From: Akkermansiaceae bacterium
GTDB lineage: Bacteria; Verrucomicrobiota; Verrucomicrobiia; Verrucomicrobiales; Akkermansiaceae
NCBI GenBank assembly: GCA_051251915.1
Contig: JBPOGF010000009.1
Coordinates: 90,842 to 154,841, forward strand
DNA length: 64,000 nt
Direction: 5' to 3'
Positions 43,494-54,558 of the stretch are shown piece after piece. Position 1 is the stretch's first letter; every line of letters begins with the position of its first letter. A program made the translations under genes and the position numbers. The notes beneath the pieces are model-generated. The model worked only from the letters and a program-made list of their open reading frames with translations. It did no database searches and was not told the DNA's origin.

Positions 43494-44831
43494 TCACTTC
43501 TTTTTCATAGCCCTAACATTTCGATAAAACGCAAACAACAAAGACATACCGGCCACAGCCAAACACAACCATCCCGTCATCCAGCCGAATCGATTATAAA
43601 TAGTCCTACCCGTTTCCAACTTCACCATCCCTTCTAAAACCCCAGGCTCCATGAGCGGAATAGTTGCCACCTGGTTCCCCAGATCATCAATAACCTGACT
43701 CCTACCAGAACTCGCCGCCACCACAACCCACCTCCCGTTCTCAGCAGCTCTATGCCTAAACAGCTCAGCATGCTGATCATGCTGCCGCGCACTCCAAGGC
43801 TTAGCATCCAAACTCGGAGCCAAAATCACCTCCGCCCCATCAGCCACCATCCTCCGGATCACAGACTCGTGATCACAATCAAAACAAATCGGCGTCCCTA
43901 TCACCCCCATACTTGTGCGAATCGACTTCGCCTCCGTCCCCTTCTTCCCATCATTAAACAGCGGCACCGGCTTATTCTTAAAATGACTCCCAACCTCGAT
44001 CCCGGCATCCAGCGTAATAGCAGCATTAAAAGCCATCTCCTCACCTGAATCCACAGCACCTCCCACCACCATCACCACATCATTCTCACGCCCAAATTCA
44101 TACAGCCTCTCCTTAAGCCGCCCCACCTCATCCAGATCACGCCCCAAAGACAACTCCGGCCAAACAATCGCCGCATGCCCATCAAAAGCATTCACCGTTT
44201 GCTCAAACTTATCCTCAAAACTCCCCTCCTCATTCTGCACCGCCAACACTTTCACATCCGCCCCCTCACGCGTAGGACTCAAAAATCCACTCACTAACAA
44301 CATCACCAAAAAACTTACCCCCAGCACCCTACTCTTACCTCTATCCCTCAACAAAACTGCCCCCAAGATCACCAAAAAACTCACCCCATACACACCAATC
44401 AACGGCGACAACCAATGAGGCGGCACCCCAGTCCCCGGAGTTATCCAAGGAAAATGCAGCGCATAAACCTCCGCCCTAAAAAATTCACACCCCACCCAGA
44501 TCGCAGCAGCCAACACCGCCCCTACATACCCACACAACCGATGATAAGAAATCAACGCACACGCCCCCCCCACAAACGCAGCCACTACAATCCACAACAC
44601 CACCGCTGAAACCCCAAACAGCCCCCACAACCACGACAACGTCACCCCATACAACAAAAACCCCTGCCCCAATCCCAAATAAAATGCAGGCCGAGCCGAT
44701 ACCCCACGAATAGCAAATAACAACGGCACCCATGCCACCACAGCCAGCCACCACAACCCAAATGGAGGGAATACCAATACCCCCAACACCGAACTCAGCA
44801 ACACCAACCCAACACGAACCAAAATTGTCAT
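43494..44831 (-). CDS. lnt: Apolipoprotein N-acyltransferase
   Basis: N-terminal TM helices, FPW, and nitrilase triad VWPE / K..PVP / ICFD, plus RAAENGR. Confidence 0.85.
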   Translation of the reverse strand: MTILVRVGLVLLSSVLGVLVFPPFGLWWLAVVAWVPLLFAIRGVSARPAFYLGLGQGFLLYGVTLSWLWGLFGVSAVVLWIVVAAFVGGACALISYHRLCGYVGAVLAAAIWVGCEFFRAEVYALHFPWITPGTGVPPHWLSPLIGVYGVSFLVILGAVLLRDRGKSRVLGVSFLVMLLVSGFLSPTREGADVKVLAVQNEEGSFEDKFEQTVNAFDGHAAIVWPELSLGRDLDEVGRLKERLYEFGRENDVVMVVGGAVDSGEEMAFNAAITLDAGIEVGSHFKNKPVPLFNDGKKGTEAKSIRTSMGVIGTPICFDCDHESVIRRMVADGAEVILAPSLDAKPWSARQHDQHAELFRHRAAENGRWVVVAASSGRSQVIDDLGNQVATIPLMEPGVLEGMVKLETGRTIYNRFGWMTGWLCLAVAGMSLLFAFYRNVRAMKKK

Positions 44832-44937
44832 CCCCTAAACTAGGAAACTCCACATCCCACATCAAGCTTTAAGCCAAACCTCAGATCATTTTCGAAAACA
44901 CCCAGACTTTACCCTTTCTCCCCAAGCAAAGCGCCCT

Positions 44938-45894
44938 CTACTTCGACTTATGGTTCGTATAAAATCTCCCCAACTTAGTCAGCTCACCCTTTTCATCAAA
45001 CAACGCCGAACTAGTCCCCTGCTTAGTATTCTCTCCAAACGGAAACCAAGCATAACCCGCGATCCAATCTTGCTGATCCATCCAAGGCAAAACCTCCTGC
45101 ATATACTTCAACACCTTCTCCTTAGAATGCCTATTCTTCTCCTTAGAAGGCGCGCTCCAGTCCGCCACTGCAAACTCAGTCACAATAATCGGACGATTAC
45201 CATACATCTTATGAATCCTACGCAACTTAGATTTAAAAGCCTCCGCATTACCATTCCCATAATCATGCACCCCTATATAATTCACACGCAACCCCTGCTT
45301 CTCCACCCCCTTCATAAACTGCTTCATCCAGTCATTATCAGGATGCACCGTCGATGGACTACATAATAACACATCCAGAGACTCCAACGACTTCCAATAC
45401 TTCAACGCCTTCTCCACACTCAAATTCCCCTGATTATCCCTATCTGGCTCATTATATCCAAACAAAACAGTATGCTTCTGTCTCTCCACAGTTGACGAAA
45501 TAGACTTCTGAATATTCCCAGCAACAGTGCTAACATCAGGATTCCCATACACCGAATACACCATCGGCCCATAACTCGTGCTCTCTGGTTGCCCAGGCTG
45601 CAGCTTAATCCCCCAACTATAATTCCATCCCAAATTCAGCTTCTGCACCTTCGGCATATTCTTTAAATAATCACCTTTCACCACCTTACCCTTCTTATCT
45701 TTTCCAGGCGTCCTCAAAGTAATGCAGATCCCCTTCTTACTCTGGAATGGTTTCTTCACCGTCTTCACATCCGCCGCCCTTACTGAGACAGGTGGCTTTG
45801 ATGGCTTCTTGGCTGAGGTCTCAGTCTGAGCGACACCTACATTCACAGAAGTCAACATCGAGGTAATAATAAGTGGTAACGTGTATTTTCTCAT
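44938..45894 (-). CDS. Secreted glycoside hydrolase, GH128-like (clan GH-A, putative beta-1,3-glucanase)
   Basis: KKG, WNYSW, GYNEPD (acid/base), VHDY, IVTEFA (nucleophile), YAWF. Start at MRKYTL. Confidence 0.8.
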   Translation of the reverse strand: MRKYTLPLIITSMLTSVNVGVAQTETSAKKPSKPPVSVRAADVKTVKKPFQSKKGICITLRTPGKDKKGKVVKGDYLKNMPKVQKLNLGWNYSWGIKLQPGQPESTSYGPMVYSVYGNPDVSTVAGNIQKSISSTVERQKHTVLFGYNEPDRDNQGNLSVEKALKYWKSLESLDVLLCSPSTVHPDNDWMKQFMKGVEKQGLRVNYIGVHDYGNGNAEAFKSKLRRIHKMYGNRPIIVTEFAVADWSAPSKEKNRHSKEKVLKYMQEVLPWMDQQDWIAGYAWFPFGENTKQGTSSALFDEKGELTKLGRFYTNHKSK

Positions 45895-46044
45895 AATCGT
45901 ATATTTATACATACCCTCCCTCACCCAAAAAAGAAAGCAGATCAACAAACAATTTTTTAACCTCATCCCCAAACTTCTACCTAGATCCAAATTGCCCATT
46001 CTTTTTTCATTGCAAACATCCCAAATTCATTGCAAGTAACTGCC

Positions 46045-47652
46045 GTGCTTACTATTAGAAATCTTACCAAAACCGTCGGAGGCAGAACTCTCTTCGAAGA
46101 CGCAAAAATGACCATCAACTGGGGCGAACGCGTAGCTCTCGTTGGACCAAATGGAGCGGGTAAATCCACCCTATTCAGAGTCATCCTAAACCAAGAAGAC
46201 CCAGACTCCGGCACCGCGGAAATCGATGAATACGCCATCACTGGATACCTCGCACAGGAAGCCGGTGACCCAGGCGCAGAGACCATCCTAGAAATAGCCA
46301 TCGGCATCACTCCTGAAGTCGCAAAAGCCATCAAAGTCATGCGTGAAGCCGAAAACAACGGCACCACAGACACTAAAGAATACGCAGACGCACAAGACAC
46401 ATTCGACCTCGCTAACGGCTACTCACTTGAGCCAAAAGCCAAGAAAATCCTCTCCGGACTAGGATTCAAACAAGAACAAATGAACGAACCAGCCAACACC
46501 TTCTCAGGTGGCTGGATCATGCGCGCGAACCTCGCCCGCCTCCTCGTCCAAGAGCCAGATCTCCTCATGCTCGATGAGCCGACTAACCACCTCGACCTCC
46601 TCTCACTCCTCTGGCTCCAGCGCTACCTCATGAACTACCCAGGAGCCATCCTCCTCATCTCGCACGATCGTGACTTCATGGATGAAATCATCGAAACCGT
46701 CTACGAGATCGATGAAACAAAACTCATCTCATACACCGGAAACTACTCTTCATACTCAGAGCAACGCAAAAAACGCTACGACCAAAAAGTCCAAGCATAC
46801 CGCGCCGGACAAAAAGAAATCGACCGAGTCCAAGAATTCGTCGACAAATTCCGCGGAGTAGGCTCCAAAGCATCACAAGTCAACGAGCGAATGAAAACCA
46901 TCCAGAAGCTCAAAGACAAACTCATCAAACCTCTCGCCCCAAGGAAAGTCTTCAAATTCAGCTTCCCCCAGCCACCACGCTCAAACCAAATCGTCGCCGA
47001 ACTCTCCAAAGTCAAACAAGCCTACGGAGACAAAGTCATCTATGATGGCCTAGACCTCACCGTCGAGCGCGGAGACCGCATCGTCCTAGTCGGCCCCAAC
47101 GGAGCTGGTAAATCCACACTCATGAAAATCATCGCCGGTCACCTAGACATCCAAGGCGGTGAAGTAAACGTAGGTTACGCCACCAAAATGGGATACTTCT
47201 CCCAGCACCGCGCCCTATCCATGAACGAGTCAAACACCGTCCTAGACGAAGTCATGGCATCCAATGGCGAACTCCGTGAAGACGAAGCCCGCTCCATCCT
47301 CGGATCATTCCTCTTCCGTAAGAACGACGTCATGAAACGCATCCGCGTCCTCTCAGGTGGTGAGAAATCCCGCCTCAACCTCGTCAAGTTCCTCGTAGAC
47401 CCACCTAACCTCCTCCTCATGGATGAGCCCACCACCCACCTAGACATCCTCTCCATCGAGGCACTAGTACTAGCCCTCAAGCAATACGCCGGAACGCTTG
47501 TCTTCATTTCACACGATGTTCACTTCATCAGAAATCTAGCCAAAACCACACTCCACGTAGACAACGGAACCGTCACCCGCTACACTGGCGGATACGACTA
47601 CTTCCTAGAAAAAAGCGGCCTAGACGACGACCGCAGTGCAGTCACATCATAA
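46045..47652 (+). CDS. ABC-F family ATPase (ribosome-associated)
   Basis: Two ABC domains (GPNGAGKST twice; FSGGW/LSGGE; LDEPTNHLD/MDEPTTHLD), no TM helices. GTG start at 46045. Confidence 0.93.
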   Translation: MLTIRNLTKTVGGRTLFEDAKMTINWGERVALVGPNGAGKSTLFRVILNQEDPDSGTAEIDEYAITGYLAQEAGDPGAETILEIAIGITPEVAKAIKVMREAENNGTTDTKEYADAQDTFDLANGYSLEPKAKKILSGLGFKQEQMNEPANTFSGGWIMRANLARLLVQEPDLLMLDEPTNHLDLLSLLWLQRYLMNYPGAILLISHDRDFMDEIIETVYEIDETKLISYTGNYSSYSEQRKKRYDQKVQAYRAGQKEIDRVQEFVDKFRGVGSKASQVNERMKTIQKLKDKLIKPLAPRKVFKFSFPQPPRSNQIVAELSKVKQAYGDKVIYDGLDLTVERGDRIVLVGPNGAGKSTLMKIIAGHLDIQGGEVNVGYATKMGYFSQHRALSMNESNTVLDEVMASNGELREDEARSILGSFLFRKNDVMKRIRVLSGGEKSRLNLVKFLVDPPNLLLMDEPTTHLDILSIEALVLALKQYAGTLVFISHDVHFIRNLAKTTLHVDNGTVTRYTGGYDYFLEKSGLDDDRSAVTS

Positions 47653-47681
47653 AGAAATACCATCTGTTAGAAGAATATATC

Positions 47682-47710
47682 TTGACGAATCTCCTCGCGT
47701 GAAGAACATT
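47682..47710 (+). promoter_or_regulatory. Putative promoter of rpoD
   Basis: TTGACG-17 nt-AACATT. Confidence 0.45.
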
Positions 47711-47792
47711 CCCGATGCGGCTGGGACTCCAGTTGCCCCTATAATGGTAGAATTGTCTCTACGTATTTCCAACACTCCGAATACTCACACTT

Positions 47793-49676
47793 ATGGCAGC
47801 AAAAAAAACGGCTAAGAAAACAGCTAAAAAAACGACCACCAAAACGGTAGCAAAGAAGACCGTTGCTAAAAAAGCAGTCAAAAAAGTCGCCAAAACAGCA
47901 GTTAAAAAAGTGGCAGCTAAGAAAGTGGCCACTAAAAAAGTAGCCGCTAAGAAAGCAACCACTGCAGCTAAAAAACAGCCTGCTAAAAAACTTTCCAAAC
48001 TAGAAGCTCTCCTCGCCGCTGAAGCTGAAGAAAAAGCAAAACGCGCCAGCAAAAAGAAAGCTCCTAAAAACCGCATCGACACCCCAGAGATGCAGGAAAA
48101 AGTCCGTGAGCTCATCAAGCTAGCTAAAGAGCAAGACTACCTCACCTACGATGACATCAACGAAATCCTACCAAATGACATGGTCGAGCCAGGTGACGTC
48201 GAAGCCATCCTTGAGCGCCTTCGCTCCATGGAATTCGACATCATCGATGCATCAGAAGTAGACCGCTACCGCACCAACAAAAAAGAAGGTGTAGACGCCA
48301 GCACCACCAAGACCGAGCAGAAACTAGACATCCTGGACGATCCAGTCCGTATGTATCTCAAGCAAATGGGCCAAGTCCCCCTCCTCACCCGTGAGCAGGA
48401 AGTAGAGATCTCCAAGCGCATTGAGGACGCAGAACTCACCGTTCAAAAGCACCTCCACCGCTTCGGCTTCGTCACCCAGTCCTACCTAGACCTCGCTGAC
48501 TCACTCATCAAAGGCAAAGAAAGATTCGACCGCGTCATCCTAGACAAAAAGATCGAGAGTCGTGAGCGCTACATGAAAATGCTCCCTAAACTCTGTGACC
48601 AGCTACGCCAGTGCCACGAAGAGACAGACCTCATCTTCCGCAAGCTCCACGCCAAGACACCACGCGGCAAGCAGAAGCTAGAAACAGAACTAGAGAAGCA
48701 ACTCGGTTCGATCGCTAAAATTTACGGACGTTTCTACTACAAACAAAAAGTAGTAGAAGACTTCTGCGAAGTAGTAGAAGACTACCAAAAGAAATTCTGG
48801 AAGTTCAACCGCAAGCTCGCAGCCAACCCGAACGATAAAGAATTCGAGACCAAAATCCGCGAAGCTCAACAAATCTCATGGCACACCGCAGAGAACTTTG
48901 ACTCCAATAACAAAGACCTCCGCACATGGATCAAAAAAGCCTACGGCGCCAAGACAGAAATGGTCGAAGCCAACCTCAGGCTCGTTATCTCCATCGCCAA
49001 GAAATACACCAACCGTGGACTCTCATTCCTTGACCTCATTCAGGAAGGAAACATGGGACTCATGAAAGCAGTTGAGAAATTTGAATACCGCCGTGGTTAC
49101 AAATTCTCAACCTACGCCACATGGTGGATTCGCCAAGCCATCACCCGCTCCATCGCGGATCAGGCCAGAACCATCCGTATCCCGGTCCACATGATCGAGA
49201 CCATCAACAAACTCATGCGAGTCCAGAAACAGCTCGTCCAGGAATACGGCCGTGAGCCAACTCCAGACGAGATCGCAGACGAGATCCACCTTCCAGTCGA
49301 GCGTGTCCGCGCCGTCCTTAAGATGGCTCAGCAACCTATCTCACTCCAAGCACCAGTCGGTGACTCAGATGACACATCATTCGGTGACTTTATCGAAGAC
49401 AAAGCCGCTGATAACCCAATGGAAGAAGCAGGCTTCGCCATGCTCAAGGAAAAGATCGTAGACGTCCTAGACACACTCACAGAGCGTGAACGAGAAGTCC
49501 TCGAACAACGCTTCGGCCTCAAAGACGGCTACAGCAGAACCCTAGAAGAAGTCGGCCGTCAGTTCCAGGTCACCCGTGAACGTATCCGTCAGATCGAGGC
49601 CAAAGCCCTCCGTAAGATGCGTCACCCGACCCGTATCAGAAAACTCGAAGGCTTCATCGAGCTACCAAACATGTAG
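47793..49676 (+). CDS. rpoD: Primary sigma factor RpoD with Lys/Ala-rich N-terminal extension
   Basis: Region 1.1, [68 protein letters not shown]. Confidence 0.97.
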   Translation: MAAKKTAKKTAKKTTTKTVAKKTVAKKAVKKVAKTAVKKVAAKKVATKKVAAKKATTAAKKQPAKKLSKLEALLAAEAEEKAKRASKKKAPKNRIDTPEMQEKVRELIKLAKEQDYLTYDDINEILPNDMVEPGDVEAILERLRSMEFDIIDASEVDRYRTNKKEGVDASTTKTEQKLDILDDPVRMYLKQMGQVPLLTREQEVEISKRIEDAELTVQKHLHRFGFVTQSYLDLADSLIKGKERFDRVILDKKIESRERYMKMLPKLCDQLRQCHEETDLIFRKLHAKTPRGKQKLETELEKQLGSIAKIYGRFYYKQKVVEDFCEVVEDYQKKFWKFNRKLAANPNDKEFETKIREAQQISWHTAENFDSNNKDLRTWIKKAYGAKTEMVEANLRLVISIAKKYTNRGLSFLDLIQEGNMGLMKAVEKFEYRRGYKFSTYATWWIRQAITRSIADQARTIRIPVHMIETINKLMRVQKQLVQEYGREPTPDEIADEIHLPVERVRAVLKMAQQPISLQAPVGDSDDTSFGDFIEDKAADNPMEEAGFAMLKEKIVDVLDTLTEREREVLEQRFGLKDGYSRTLEEVGRQFQVTRERIRQIEAKALRKMRHPTRIRKLEGFIELPNM

Positions 49677-49705
49677 CACTCAGATACTAGTCAGAAAATT
49701 TCACC

Positions 49706-49744
49706 AAGCCCTAGCTTCCGATCACCTCGGACTAGGGCTTTTTT
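49706..49744 (+). terminator. Intrinsic terminator after rpoD
   Basis: AAGCCCTAG..CCGA-tcacc-TCGG.CTAGGGCTT followed by TTTT. Confidence 0.8.
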
Positions 49745-50975
49745 ATGAGTTCAAAAGCTCATTCACTATCTCCAGAACCGCATCACCCGCATCGCTCCAG
49801 TCATAGCTCTCCACCTCTACCAATTGCCGCGCCACTTGAGCCTCCCGCAGCTCCTTGTCCTCTAACAGCGCCACTAGGTCATCTACCCACTTATCAAACT
49901 CGTAAAGCTCAGTCACCTTCGCAGACTTGAGCAACTCAGACACTCCACACCTATCAGACACCATCACCGCCACTCCCGCTCGAGCAGCCTCCAAAGCCAC
50001 TAACCCAAACGGCTCAGACATCGATGGCAAAATCAAAACCGACGCAGCTTCATAAATGGTGCCCATATTTCTCTGCGGCACACTCCCCAAGACCTCAATG
50101 CGCTCGCCCATACCCTTAAATTTCACCAACTCCCGGATAGCCTGAAGCCTATCGCCACCACCAGCTATAACCCCACGCGCACTATCCACCTTGCGTAAAG
50201 CCCCCGCCATGATCTCTACCGCAGCCTCAGGATATTTCTGCCCCACCAATCGCCCAGCAAACATCACCAAAGACTTCTTCTCAACCACTCCCTTAATACT
50301 CAATGGCATCAGAGGTAAGTTTTCCAACTCCGCCTCATCAAAACTGATACTAGCATTCCACACCACCCTCACTTTATCTGCAGAAATACCATAATACTTT
50401 ATAATCACCCCCTTCGTGTAATCACTCACCGCAATAATCAAATCCGCCTGCTCCATCGCCCATTTCTCATGCTGATACACCGCCCCCTGAGCATGCGCCC
50501 CCTCCCTATCTACCTGAGTAGAATGCACATGCAAAATCAATGGCACTCCGAGAGCTCGCTGCACACAGACCCCCGCCGCCGCAGTCATCCAGTCATGCGC
50601 ATGCACCAATGAGCAACGACTCGCCCCACCTTTAGCCAACAATGCAGCATAAACCTCCTTAGTATAATCCGCCACCGCACCATCAATCCCCACCAAATCT
50701 AACTGACTCTCAACCCCAGCCTGAAGCTTCTCCGCATTCTCCGTATCTATATTCAAATGATAAGAATTCACATTAGCCACCTCATCATTCATACAAGAAC
50801 TCGGAGACATCACCTCCACCCCAACCCCATCATTACCCGCTAATGCTTTACACAAAAAAGCACCCGCCACACCCAGACCACCCACCACTTTCGTAGGGTG
50901 CTCCCAAACCAGATGGAGTAATTCCAACTCATCACGCTTAGGTTTAGATTCAGGGGCTTGAGTAACATCTAACAT
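49743..50975 (-). CDS. Glycosyltransferase family 4 (glycogen synthase-like GT-B)
   Basis: WEHP...VGGLG, HAHDW, HVHST, FAGRL..QK, PSMSEPFGLVALEA. Confidence 0.9.
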   Translation of the reverse strand: MLDVTQAPESKPKRDELELLHLVWEHPTKVVGGLGVAGAFLCKALAGNDGVGVEVMSPSSCMNDEVANVNSYHLNIDTENAEKLQAGVESQLDLVGIDGAVADYTKEVYAALLAKGGASRCSLVHAHDWMTAAAGVCVQRALGVPLILHVHSTQVDREGAHAQGAVYQHEKWAMEQADLIIAVSDYTKGVIIKYYGISADKVRVVWNASISFDEAELENLPLMPLSIKGVVEKKSLVMFAGRLVGQKYPEAAVEIMAGALRKVDSARGVIAGGGDRLQAIRELVKFKGMGERIEVLGSVPQRNMGTIYEAASVLILPSMSEPFGLVALEAARAGVAVMVSDRCGVSELLKSAKVTELYEFDKWVDDLVALLEDKELREAQVARQLVEVESYDWSDAGDAVLEIVNELLNS

Positions 50976-51139
50976 GGACTAATTAGCATGGCAAAAAAAT
51001 ATCATTGTGCAATAAACAATCGCGTAATAATCAAACTTAATAATCAAACTAATACCAAACAGTATCCATTAGTCTGATTTTTTTTACAGCGTCGTATAAC
51101 ATTGCACCCCTAGATTCCCACCCCTAATATATCTACAAC

Positions 51140-51415
51140 GTGGCAGCAGACCAACCATTCATGAGCAAGTGGCTCACCAGATTACGCAAGGACTTACTAC
51201 GCAGTGGAAGCCTCACAGAACTCTCCCTACACCTCGCCAAAAACTCCTCCCCAAAGTTCAGCCCAGAAGAATGGCAACTCTCCATCCGCTTCATCCTCAA
51301 TGAAGAACAAAAGCCCCACAGCGACTTCGTCCTAGCCGTCGACCAATGGATCAGCCAGCGAAGTAAAACCAACCAAAAAACTAACTCTAACGATGATCAA
51401 CTAGATCTACTATAG
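51140..51415 (+). CDS. Small hypothetical protein
   Basis: ORF preceded by TTGCAC-17-TAATAT; fills the gap between the two GT genes. Alternative ATG at 51161. Confidence 0.55.
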   Translation: MAADQPFMSKWLTRLRKDLLRSGSLTELSLHLAKNSSPKFSPEEWQLSIRFILNEEQKPHSDFVLAVDQWISQRSKTNQKTNSNDDQLDLL

Positions 51416-53516
51416 TCACCAGCGACGACGAATTTCGATCCCCCGTCTGAAGCCTCAACCTCAGCCTCCAGTGACCATCCCCTATCACCTCTTGCGCCAC
51501 TAATAAGCTCTCTCCCTCGCGAGAAACATCCCATTCTTGCACACTTTCATCCTCCTCCCAACCCTGGCTGATTAGTTTTTCTAACAACTCGTTACGTGAA
51601 TCACCATCGGTCACACTAACGGATCTTTCTAACAGAAACTCTTCACCCTTCCTCACCTTAGACAATCTCTCCACCCTAGCCTTCTTCACCCCATCAATCC
51701 ACCCCCGGCTATACCACCAGCGAGCCCAGCGCCTCACCCTCGGTTGCAACCACTCCGCCAATCGCAATTTCACCCTAGCCGTCCACCCATCAAACAAAGG
51801 ATTCAACATCCGCCTAGGCATCATCGTAGTCACCACCTGCTGATACGCACCACCCCCCATCGTCCCGTAATAAATCACACTCCCCTCATGCACCCCAAGT
51901 GCCGCACCCGTGTAAACACACCCCTTCCAGTCAACACCAACCCCAAGAGTAAACCTCTCCGGATGATCCCGCATCAGCAAAGCCTCAGCCTTCCCATACC
52001 CCTCCTGCTGCCTAAAATACCTGTAAAGCGACGTCCTCCGCCGATGCCATACAAACGCCCCACCATGAAACCCAATCCTAAATCCACCCTCCTCTAACCG
52101 CCAACAAAAATCCACATCATCACCCGCCACCTCATACGTCTTACAAAACCCGCCTATCGCCTCAAACGCCTCACGCCTCACCGTCAAATTACACCCAGGA
52201 ATATGCTCCGCCTCTCGGTCATTCAGCATCACATGCGACGGCGCACCTGGCGCAGCCGCCACCACCGCCTCATCCTCATCCATCGGAACTGGAGGAATAT
52301 TCGGCCCACCCATCGCATCCACCCCCTGCTCAGCATACCCCCTCGCTATCCAATACAACCAATCCGGATCCACCTCACAATCATCATCCGTATAAGCAAA
52401 AATCTCCCCAGTAGACACCTCCGCACCCAAGTTCCGCGCATTACTCAGCCCACCATGCCCCGCACTCACCAGCGTCAAAAAATGATACCCCTTCAACAAC
52501 TCCAGCGTCCCATCCACTGACCCATCATCCACCACCACCACCTCATAATCCGGATAATTCACCACCCCAGGAGCCAATGACTCAATCGCACGCCAAACCC
52601 TATCTACCCCATTATAAACACAAATAATCACACTAATCCGAGGCATCTCAAACTCACTCTTCCTCAACTCCCCCAGCTCCCTCAAATCAAATTTCGCCAC
52701 CCCGTCACGCCCAGTCACCCCAAACTCCCAACCATCCACCTCACGCTCACCCACACGCCACCTATCACTCCACGAGAAAATCGTAGTCCCCGCCATCCCC
52801 GCATCCAGCGCCTCCTGCCGCGCCCACTTCAGCACCTCAGCCTGCTTCCCCACCCCATGAGATTTACTATCGATCCCGAACTCCGAGATCAACACCGGCC
52901 TATCCCCAGCCAAATGATGCAGCCTCGGCAAATAATCCGCAAACTCCCCCCTATCCTCCAAATAAATATTAAACCCCGTAAAGTCCGCATTCCCCGGCTC
53001 CAAATACTCACTACTAGGATAATTCGAATACGCCACCAACACCCTCGGCGCCACTCCTCGACAAAAATCAATCAACTCCTCCAATGACTCCTTCACCCGC
53101 ACCGGCCCCATCCACCGCGCTATCTCAGAAGGGATCTCATTCGCCACATAACACCCCACCAACACCTCATGACCACCCCACCGCTCTAACAACTCACCCA
53201 ACTTCAGCTTAGCCTCAGTAAAAAACCTCTCACCATCCACTCCTCGGAACACCCGCGTCCACTCCCAGTGCACCCCAGCAAACACCATCAAACCATGCTC
53301 ACTCGCCGCCGCCATAAGCCCATCATCAGGCTCCTCATATACCCGTATCGCATTAAATCCAGCCTTCACAACCTTAGAAAACTCTGTATCATGATCAGGC
53401 TTAGGCATCGGGAATGGCCCATAAGTCACAGCATTGATAGAAACAACTCTCCCATCACGTATAAAAAACTTACCCCTAACTCCCAATCTAGTCTCCCGTT
53501 GTAATCTCTCTGCCAT
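51387..53516 (-). CDS. Fusion of a GH-A TIM-barrel domain and a family 2 glycosyltransferase
   Basis: N-terminal VANEIP and ISEFG; C-terminal VDDGS, GLSNARN, TDDD, GCN, GDDVDFCWR, QQEGYG. Confidence 0.85.
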   Translation of the reverse strand: MAERLQRETRLGVRGKFFIRDGRVVSINAVTYGPFPMPKPDHDTEFSKVVKAGFNAIRVYEEPDDGLMAAASEHGLMVFAGVHWEWTRVFRGVDGERFFTEAKLKLGELLERWGGHEVLVGCYVANEIPSEIARWMGPVRVKESLEELIDFCRGVAPRVLVAYSNYPSSEYLEPGNADFTGFNIYLEDRGEFADYLPRLHHLAGDRPVLISEFGIDSKSHGVGKQAEVLKWARQEALDAGMAGTTIFSWSDRWRVGEREVDGWEFGVTGRDGVAKFDLRELGELRKSEFEMPRISVIICVYNGVDRVWRAIESLAPGVVNYPDYEVVVVDDGSVDGTLELLKGYHFLTLVSAGHGGLSNARNLGAEVSTGEIFAYTDDDCEVDPDWLYWIARGYAEQGVDAMGGPNIPPVPMDEDEAVVAAAPGAPSHVMLNDREAEHIPGCNLTVRREAFEAIGGFCKTYEVAGDDVDFCWRLEEGGFRIGFHGGAFVWHRRRTSLYRYFRQQEGYGKAEALLMRDHPERFTLGVGVDWKGCVYTGAALGVHEGSVIYYGTMGGGAYQQVVTTMMPRRMLNPLFDGWTARVKLRLAEWLQPRVRRWARWWYSRGWIDGVKKARVERLSKVRKGEEFLLERSVSVTDGDSRNELLEKLISQGWEEDESVQEWDVSREGESLLVAQEVIGDGHWRLRLRLQTGDRNSSSLVTIVDLVDHR

Positions 53517-53566
53517 GCTTCCATCTCAGCATAAACATCAGTCAGACTAACTCCAGTGAAATTACC

Positions 53567-54544
53567 ATGAAACCTCCATTTCTAACCAAAAAGGCCCAGC
53601 CTAAGACAAAGACAAAGGCAACGCCCAAGACAAAGACGACTGCCAAGTCCAAGTCCGGGTTCAAGTCTAAGCCTAACACCCCCCCAAGGCGCCCCACCAC
53701 TACCCCCAGAAGACGCATCCGTGCCATCGTAGAAGAAGAGCCACCACCAAACCCAGGTTTCTTCTCTAAGCTCATCAAGTACACCAGCATCACCCTCATC
53801 CTACTATTCGCCACAGGAACCCTACTCTACATCAAACGTGACCAATGGGGAATCCACTCACTCATCAAAACAAGCTTCCCCGTCGAACACAAACCTGACC
53901 CAGATCAATACTCCACCCTCACAACAACACTCGCAGCCAACCGACAACTCCTCAACCAACAATACCTAGCCGCCACCACAAACACCGAAAGACAACAAAT
54001 CATCAACCAAGCCTGCGCCCTGTTAGAAGACAACCTCCCCCAAATGATGCGCTGCTGGCTAGGTCACCCATGGGACTTCAACGGCACCGCCACCATCCCA
54101 GGTGAAGGCAAAATCGCCTGCGGATACTTCGTCTCCGTCATCATGCGCGATGCCGGATTCAAAATCAACCGCATACGAGTCGCCCAGCAACCCTCACAAA
54201 ACATCATCCGAACCTTCGTCAACACCAGTCAACACTTCGAAGTCAAAAGCAACACCCCCTACAACCAATACGTAAACGACATCAGCAACAAATCCGATGG
54301 CATCCACATCGTAGGACTAGACAACCACGTAGCATTCATCGTCATCAAAGACCGCCAAATGCGCTTCATCCACTCAGGCGGACTACTCCGCCGCGTAGTC
54401 GATGAAGCCCCAGACCAAGCCTACGCCCTAGAGCACTCAAACTACCGCGTCATCAGCAACATCTCCCGTAACCCAAACGTCATCAAAAAGTGGATCCTCG
54501 GAGAAACCTTCCCCACCGGCGGCACCACCGCCGCCAGCAGATAA
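53567..54544 (+). CDS. Membrane-anchored protein with putative NlpC/P60-like Cys-His domain
   Basis: Basic disordered N-terminus, one TM helix, then WLGHPW...IACGYFVS..MRDAG...HVAF...FIHS. Confidence 0.6.
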   Translation: MKPPFLTKKAQPKTKTKATPKTKTTAKSKSGFKSKPNTPPRRPTTTPRRRIRAIVEEEPPPNPGFFSKLIKYTSITLILLFATGTLLYIKRDQWGIHSLIKTSFPVEHKPDPDQYSTLTTTLAANRQLLNQQYLAATTNTERQQIINQACALLEDNLPQMMRCWLGHPWDFNGTATIPGEGKIACGYFVSVIMRDAGFKINRIRVAQQPSQNIIRTFVNTSQHFEVKSNTPYNQYVNDISNKSDGIHIVGLDNHVAFIVIKDRQMRFIHSGGLLRRVVDEAPDQAYALEHSNYRVISNISRNPNVIKKWILGETFPTGGTTAASR

Positions 54545-54558
54545 CCTCAACCTAAAGA

